A stretch of DNA of 39,446 nucleotides from an uncultured Verrucomicrobiota bacterium (GTDB taxonomy: Bacteria > Verrucomicrobiota > Kiritimatiellia > SLOV01). Position numbers and translations under genes: made by a program. Location: the NCBI GenBank assembly GCA_964611475.1, contig CAZTAB010000317.1, forward strand, positions 1 to 39,446. Direction: 5' to 3'. Within the stretch, counting starts at the first letter, position 1. Each line of letters opens with the position of its first letter. Below are positions 35,409 to 39,446 of the stretch, one piece after another. A model generated the notes under the pieces. That model had not been told where the DNA came from. It was given only the letters and a program-made list of their open reading frames with translations, and searched no databases.

Positions 35409-36536
35409 ATGAACACACAGGCACAACAATCGGCGGACTTCCGCAACGACGCAAAGATCCGGTGGCATCGGTCTCATGTCGATCCGGATGTTATGGCCGA
35501 GCTCCTGCGGCGCAGCGACACACGCGGATGGCTCCAGGCGGGGGGGCACCTCGGCCTGTGGATCGCGACCGGTATGTTCACCTACTTTGCCTTTCGGCAG
35601 ATTTCCCCCGACACCTGGGCCTGGGCGGCCCCCCTCCTGCTTCTAGGCCTCTTCGCGCACGGCACGGTTGGCTCCTTCCTGGGCGGGGCAGCGTGTCACG
35701 AACTGGGTCACCGGACCGTATTTCGAACCCGCGCGCTCAGTGAAATCTTCCTGCGCATCTACGCCTTCTTCGGGTGGTGGGACCATGTGTGGTTCCGGAC
35801 CAGCCACATCAAGCACCACCAGGTCACCATCCACAGTGACTACGATGGAGAGGTTGTCCTTCCCCAGCATATCCAGTCAGGGGACTGGAAGTTCTGGCTG
35901 AGCTTGTTCGCCTGGAACCCGGTGGGGACCTGGACCGCATCGCGCAATTATTTCAGCCGGGCTCTAGGCAAAATGGACAACGCATGGTACGAGTTCGTCC
36001 TCCCGGAGGAAAACGAACGTCTTCGCCGTCGGCACCGGAACTGGGCGGGCTGCCACTTGGTGGGGCATGCGGCACTCGCCACCCTGTTCATTCTCACCGG
36101 CCACTGGTTTCTCATCATCATTTTCAACTTTGGCAGCCACTACTGCGGCTGGCTGACATTCCTGTGCGGACACCCCCAGCACTACGGAATGCAAGGCGAC
36201 GTCCCGGACCACCGGCTCTGCACCCGCACCTACATCACCTCGGGACTGCCGGCCTTCCTCTACTGGAACATGCAGTACCACGTGGAGCACCACATGTTCC
36301 CGGCCGTTCCTTTCTTCCGGCTGGGGGAACTGCGCAAGGCCATTGAGCACGACCTCCCGCCGGCTCCACGCGGACTGGTCGCCACGTGGAAGGAAATACT
36401 GGCTGTTCATCGAACCATGCGCGACGACCCCGACTATTTTCTGGTCCCGGAACTGCCCGTCTCCAATGACGCAAGCTACGCATTGGATCCAGTACTCGAG
36501 CGGGAAGCGGCAGGGACGAGGGGCTCCGGCGTTTAG
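35409..36536 (+). CDS. Membrane fatty-acid desaturase-family di-iron oxygenase
   Basis: ATG 35409 (MNTQAQQSADF). Three His boxes: HELGHR, HIKHHQ, HVEHHMFP. Hydrophobic segments: GLWIATGMFTYFAF, WAAPLLLLGLFAHG, ATLFILTGHWFLIIIFNF. Confidence 0.88.
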   Translation: MNTQAQQSADFRNDAKIRWHRSHVDPDVMAELLRRSDTRGWLQAGGHLGLWIATGMFTYFAFRQISPDTWAWAAPLLLLGLFAHGTVGSFLGGAACHELGHRTVFRTRALSEIFLRIYAFFGWWDHVWFRTSHIKHHQVTIHSDYDGEVVLPQHIQSGDWKFWLSLFAWNPVGTWTASRNYFSRALGKMDNAWYEFVLPEENERLRRRHRNWAGCHLVGHAALATLFILTGHWFLIIIFNFGSHYCGWLTFLCGHPQHYGMQGDVPDHRLCTRTYITSGLPAFLYWNMQYHVEHHMFPAVPFFRLGELRKAIEHDLPPAPRGLVATWKEILAVHRTMRDDPDYFLVPELPVSNDASYALDPVLEREAAGTRGSGV

Positions 36537-36813
36537 TGTGGCGCCCCAAGCACCAGGCACGAGGAACCAAGAGCTCATTCCCCTTGTGGTCCCCCCGGTT
36601 TTCGTAGAATCTCTGCCTGCCGCAAACGCCGCTGATTGGAAAATGCCGTGTTGGACGGAAGCCCCTTGGCGACCGGCCCGGAGGAGGCACTTTATGAGCT
36701 TCGCGCCGCACAGGCCATCTACAGGTCGGTCCAATCGAGGCAATGGTAAAAAGTGTAGTCTGTGAAAATCCAGGCTCCATGAAAAACGGGCACACCACAT
36801 TCTGAATCGCGAC

Positions 36814-37725
36814 TTGCACTGCCAGAAGACAAACGACGGGCGCATCGAGATAGACGCCGGGTCGCTTCGCGCCGCGATCCGGACCCGGGGATACGTGTCG
36901 GGCATTGCTGGGAACTCCTTTCTGGACAAGAAAACAGGGGTCGTCGATCCGGGGTTCGGACTCCTGATTATGGATTTCCTCCTGGCCCCCGGCTGGCGGA
37001 AAGACGGGTACGAACGGGAGAAAGCCCTGCACGGGGACCTGGCAAAGCACTTGGTCGAGGGACCCCAGATCTGCACCGGCGCAAGGCAGCTTGAACATGA
37101 AATCATATCCGGCCCCGAGCATCTGGCTGTCCGCCAGTGGTTCACCTACAACGAGCCGGGGAACGGCTACCGTGGCGGATCGCGCTGGGTACAGACGCTC
37201 CTTTTCCTCCCCGGAGTGCGGTACATCTTGGCATGCGAGGCGATTGAGAACGTGAATGACCTGGATTGCATGAGCTACCGGATGGATATTCCAGGGCACA
37301 TAAAGCACGACGCCGGCAACACGTTCCACAGGATCTATCTTTCCTTCCACGGCATGATTGACGCGGTCGATTTTCTTCGGGATTTCCCCCCCGATGGCCG
37401 TTTTCACTACCTCCGCGACGACGGAGCCGTGCCGGAGCGCTTCATACGCGCCATACAACTGCGCGAACCGGGCGGCCAGCCCGGCCCCTGGCTTGCCGGC
37501 ATGACCCTTGATCCCGCAACACCCTCCGAGGCGTGGTGCCACCAGCGCGGATACGTCTGCATGATCCAGGAGAATCATGGCCGGCCGGTGACAAAAGGGG
37601 AAACCATCGGGGCCGCGTACGTCCTTGGGTACTTCGATTCGATCGGCGAAATGGAGGATATATATGACCGATTTCGTGGCGCGAGCCAGCTGCGTGTTGA
37701 CGAAGAAGGCTACCGATTGAACTAG
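36814..37725 (+). CDS. Hypothetical protein (start uncertain)
   Basis: 303-aa ORF with strong GC3 bias on the + strand. The only start in the open stretch is TTG 36814, with no SD. An in-frame TGA at 36763 separates it from an SD+ATG at 36694. Confidence 0.65.
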   Translation: MHCQKTNDGRIEIDAGSLRAAIRTRGYVSGIAGNSFLDKKTGVVDPGFGLLIMDFLLAPGWRKDGYEREKALHGDLAKHLVEGPQICTGARQLEHEIISGPEHLAVRQWFTYNEPGNGYRGGSRWVQTLLFLPGVRYILACEAIENVNDLDCMSYRMDIPGHIKHDAGNTFHRIYLSFHGMIDAVDFLRDFPPDGRFHYLRDDGAVPERFIRAIQLREPGGQPGPWLAGMTLDPATPSEAWCHQRGYVCMIQENHGRPVTKGETIGAAYVLGYFDSIGEMEDIYDRFRGASQLRVDEEGYRLN

Positions 37726-37934
37726 GGGCACGTCGACAAAACGGGCGACACGCGCTCAGGACGGGCCCTCCCGGCCAGGCAACGCCCAGGTTTTGCTGCT
37801 CTTCGGGCATGAGCGGTCATTCTCCCACCAGCGTCGCATCCGGGGCGGATTGAGAAACGACTTCCGGAAAACGCCGTTGCCCCGGTGGGTGCCAGGAGGT
37901 AGCGTAATCGAGGATTCGATCGGCGGCGGCGGGA

Positions 37935-38729
37935 ATGGTAAAGATGGTCAAGGCATTTCAAGCCATTGTAAGAGACGGGAAAGCCCTTTCGGACACTCAC
38001 CTTGAGGCATTCAACAGGGATGGGTATATCATCCTCAAGGGTCTCCTGTGCCCGAAGGAAATCGAAAGGATCAAGAGCTGCCGCGACCGGGCAGAGGCGC
38101 GTGCAGGGGAGGAGGGCGGTTCCTTTATGGAAGGCGTGGCCCACTTCGACCTCGAACCGCTGGGTGGCGATGAATCCTCCGGGGAATTCGCCCTGCGCAA
38201 GGTGCAGGAGGCCTATCAGGTTGACGAAGACTTTCGCCATGTCACAGCCAGTGACAAGATTCTCGATGTGGTAGAGGACCTGATCGGCCCGGACATCTAC
38301 TACTTCTCCAGCAAACTCATGTGCAAGCCCGCCCAAGGCGGGCGCAGGAAACCCTGGCATCAGGACTACGCCTACTGGGAGGGAATGAACACCAAACAGG
38401 TCACCGTTTGGTCCGCGATTGACCACGCCACCACCGAAAACGGCTGCATGCAACTCATCCCCGGCAGCCACAGGCGTGGCCTCATCCCCCACCACCAGCT
38501 CGAGGACTACATGATCGACGAAGCCGGCATTGAAAATGAAAACATCCTCACAGCGGAAATGGATGCCGGCGACGTTCTTTTTTTCAACGTTTTGACCCTA
38601 CATGCTTCAGGGCCGAACCACTCCCACGCCCCCCGCCTCTCGGCCATCATCGATTTCGACTCCAAGCCCAAGCCGAGGAAGGAACTCCCGTTTGGAAGTG
38701 AAACGCCGCTTCGCTCAACCAGCGCATAA
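37935..38729 (+). CDS. PhyH-family Fe(II)/2-oxoglutarate dioxygenase (paralogue 6)
   Basis: Motifs FNRDGYIILKGLL, HxD in PWHQDYAYWEG, NGCMQLIPGSHRRG, distal His in GDVLFFNVLTLHASGPN. Closest in motif wording to paralogue 4. Confidence 0.88.
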   Translation: MVKMVKAFQAIVRDGKALSDTHLEAFNRDGYIILKGLLCPKEIERIKSCRDRAEARAGEEGGSFMEGVAHFDLEPLGGDESSGEFALRKVQEAYQVDEDFRHVTASDKILDVVEDLIGPDIYYFSSKLMCKPAQGGRRKPWHQDYAYWEGMNTKQVTVWSAIDHATTENGCMQLIPGSHRRGLIPHHQLEDYMIDEAGIENENILTAEMDAGDVLFFNVLTLHASGPNHSHAPRLSAIIDFDSKPKPRKELPFGSETPLRSTSA

Positions 38730-38919
38730 ACGCCTGTCCGACCCCTCGGATTAGGCAGTCGATTGATTCTTGCGTTGGAGTGGATTGCTCGAAAGGTCAC
38801 AAGATCAGCCGCGTGCCACGAAGAAGCCACGGGAGGGAGCAGTACACTGTGGAAGGTTGGGGCCGCGTCCTCCAGCATAGAAGAGGAAAGCTCGGTGGAC
38901 TCCTGCCCACGCCCTGGTT

Positions 38920-39446
38920 TCAGGGGACAGCGGTGGCCCGAATCAGCGTGCCCCGGACATCGCCCGGAACACTCATGGTAATGGATTGGGCATTGCCGGT
39001 TGCCGTGATGTTGCTAACCAGGATGGAGTAGTTGGCATCAGACACGGCATTTGTCGATGCTTGCAGGTGGTACGTCTTCCCCTCCACGGCGTCCCAGTCG
39101 ATGCGGAATGATCCGGGCAAACGCCTTGTGAGCGAGGTAACCCGAAGAACGGAGTCCGGATCCAGCGGATGGGTAAGGGCATGATATTCATCCAGGTTGC
39201 TCAAGCCGTCCCCATCGCTATCGACTGTCGGTGCCAGGCTGATGGGCAGGCCGTTCGACAGGAGCCAGCTGTTGGGCGGCCGATCCATGCGCAGGGCATC
39301 CGGGTCGAGGAAGTCCGGAACCAGGTCCCGGTCCTGATCCAGCGTCCCCTCCCCGTGATCCGTGTAGCCGTCCCCGTCGGTGTCTCCGCTTCCCGGGGCG
39401 TGGCTCTCAAAAATCGAAATTGGGATATCAATGATAATTTCGGATG
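38920..39446 (-). CDS. C-terminal part of a large secreted protein with thrombospondin-type-3-like Ca-binding repeats (partial; continues beyond the window)
   Basis: Hand translation upstream of the track ORF stays open to the window edge: ...GDTDGDGYTDHGEGTLDQDRDLVPDFLDPDALRMDRPP...DSDGDGLSNLDEYHALTHPLDPDS, then a beta-sandwich-like tail RIDWDAVEGKTYHLQAS. Confidence 0.75.
   Translation of the reverse strand, partial: SEIIIDIPISIFESHAPGSGDTDGDGYTDHGEGTLDQDRDLVPDFLDPDALRMDRPPNSWLLSNGLPISLAPTVDSDGDGLSNLDEYHALTHPLDPDSVLRVTSLTRRLPGSFRIDWDAVEGKTYHLQASTNAVSDANYSILVSNITATGNAQSITMSVPGDVRGTLIRATAVP

Noticed and set aside
35964-37731. Long minus-strand ORFs (393 and 498 aa) spanning the desaturase 3' end, the intergenic region and the 36814 ORF
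   Set aside because: The products are Arg/Pro/Gly-rich and low in complexity over much of their length. Third-position GC bias and the His-box motifs support the + strand genes. The ORFs are noteworthy only for their length.
1-39446. Search for tRNA/rRNA genes, IS elements, integrases, toxin-antitoxin or defence-system genes
   Set aside because: No T-loop/GTTCGAATC-type tRNA signatures, rRNA-like stretches, transposase or recombinase motifs, or nuclease/ATPase defence signatures were recognised by eye. Absence is not proven without tRNAscan, Infernal or HMM scans.

Overview
GC-rich bacterial chromosomal window (exact GC not computed). The gene content looks like the PVC group (Verrucomicrobiota, Kiritimatiellota, Planctomycetota, Lentisphaerota), but that is an inference. 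No rRNA, tRNA, CRISPR array, transposase or integrase was recognised.

Positions 1-7.5 kb are housekeeping: a PabB-PabC fusion, a dprE1-dprE2 pair (polyprenyl-phospho-ribose 2'-epimerase type), rlmD, nth, and a RelA/SpoT-type HD hydrolase.

From about 7.7 kb to the end is an accessory, glycan-oriented island. Its most unusual feature is six intact PhyH-type Fe(II)/2-oxoglutarate dioxygenase paralogues. They are interleaved with:
- a GH130 enzyme
- a GH43-like enzyme
- three members of an unassigned Asp-box beta-propeller plus beta-sandwich family
- two DUF4838-like secreted proteins
- a tandem pair of CE4-like deacetylases
- a DegT aminotransferase
- a PQQ-propeller/discoidin fusion

No transporter or regulator gene is visible. 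A glycosidase-like gene and a PhyH gene share a strand at least three times. I flag this as a candidate undescribed oxidative glycan-processing system; the function is hypothesis only.

Positions 33.0-35.1 kb look like a decay or insertion scar. They hold a frameshifted GH4 3' remnant, a possible A7-tract frameshift separating a signal peptide from its gene body, a ~38% GC islet with a small RBS-preceded ORF, and an orphan terminator-like hairpin. An in-frame TGA separates a strong SD+ATG from the ORF at 36814.

All family assignments come from remembered motifs, not from searches.
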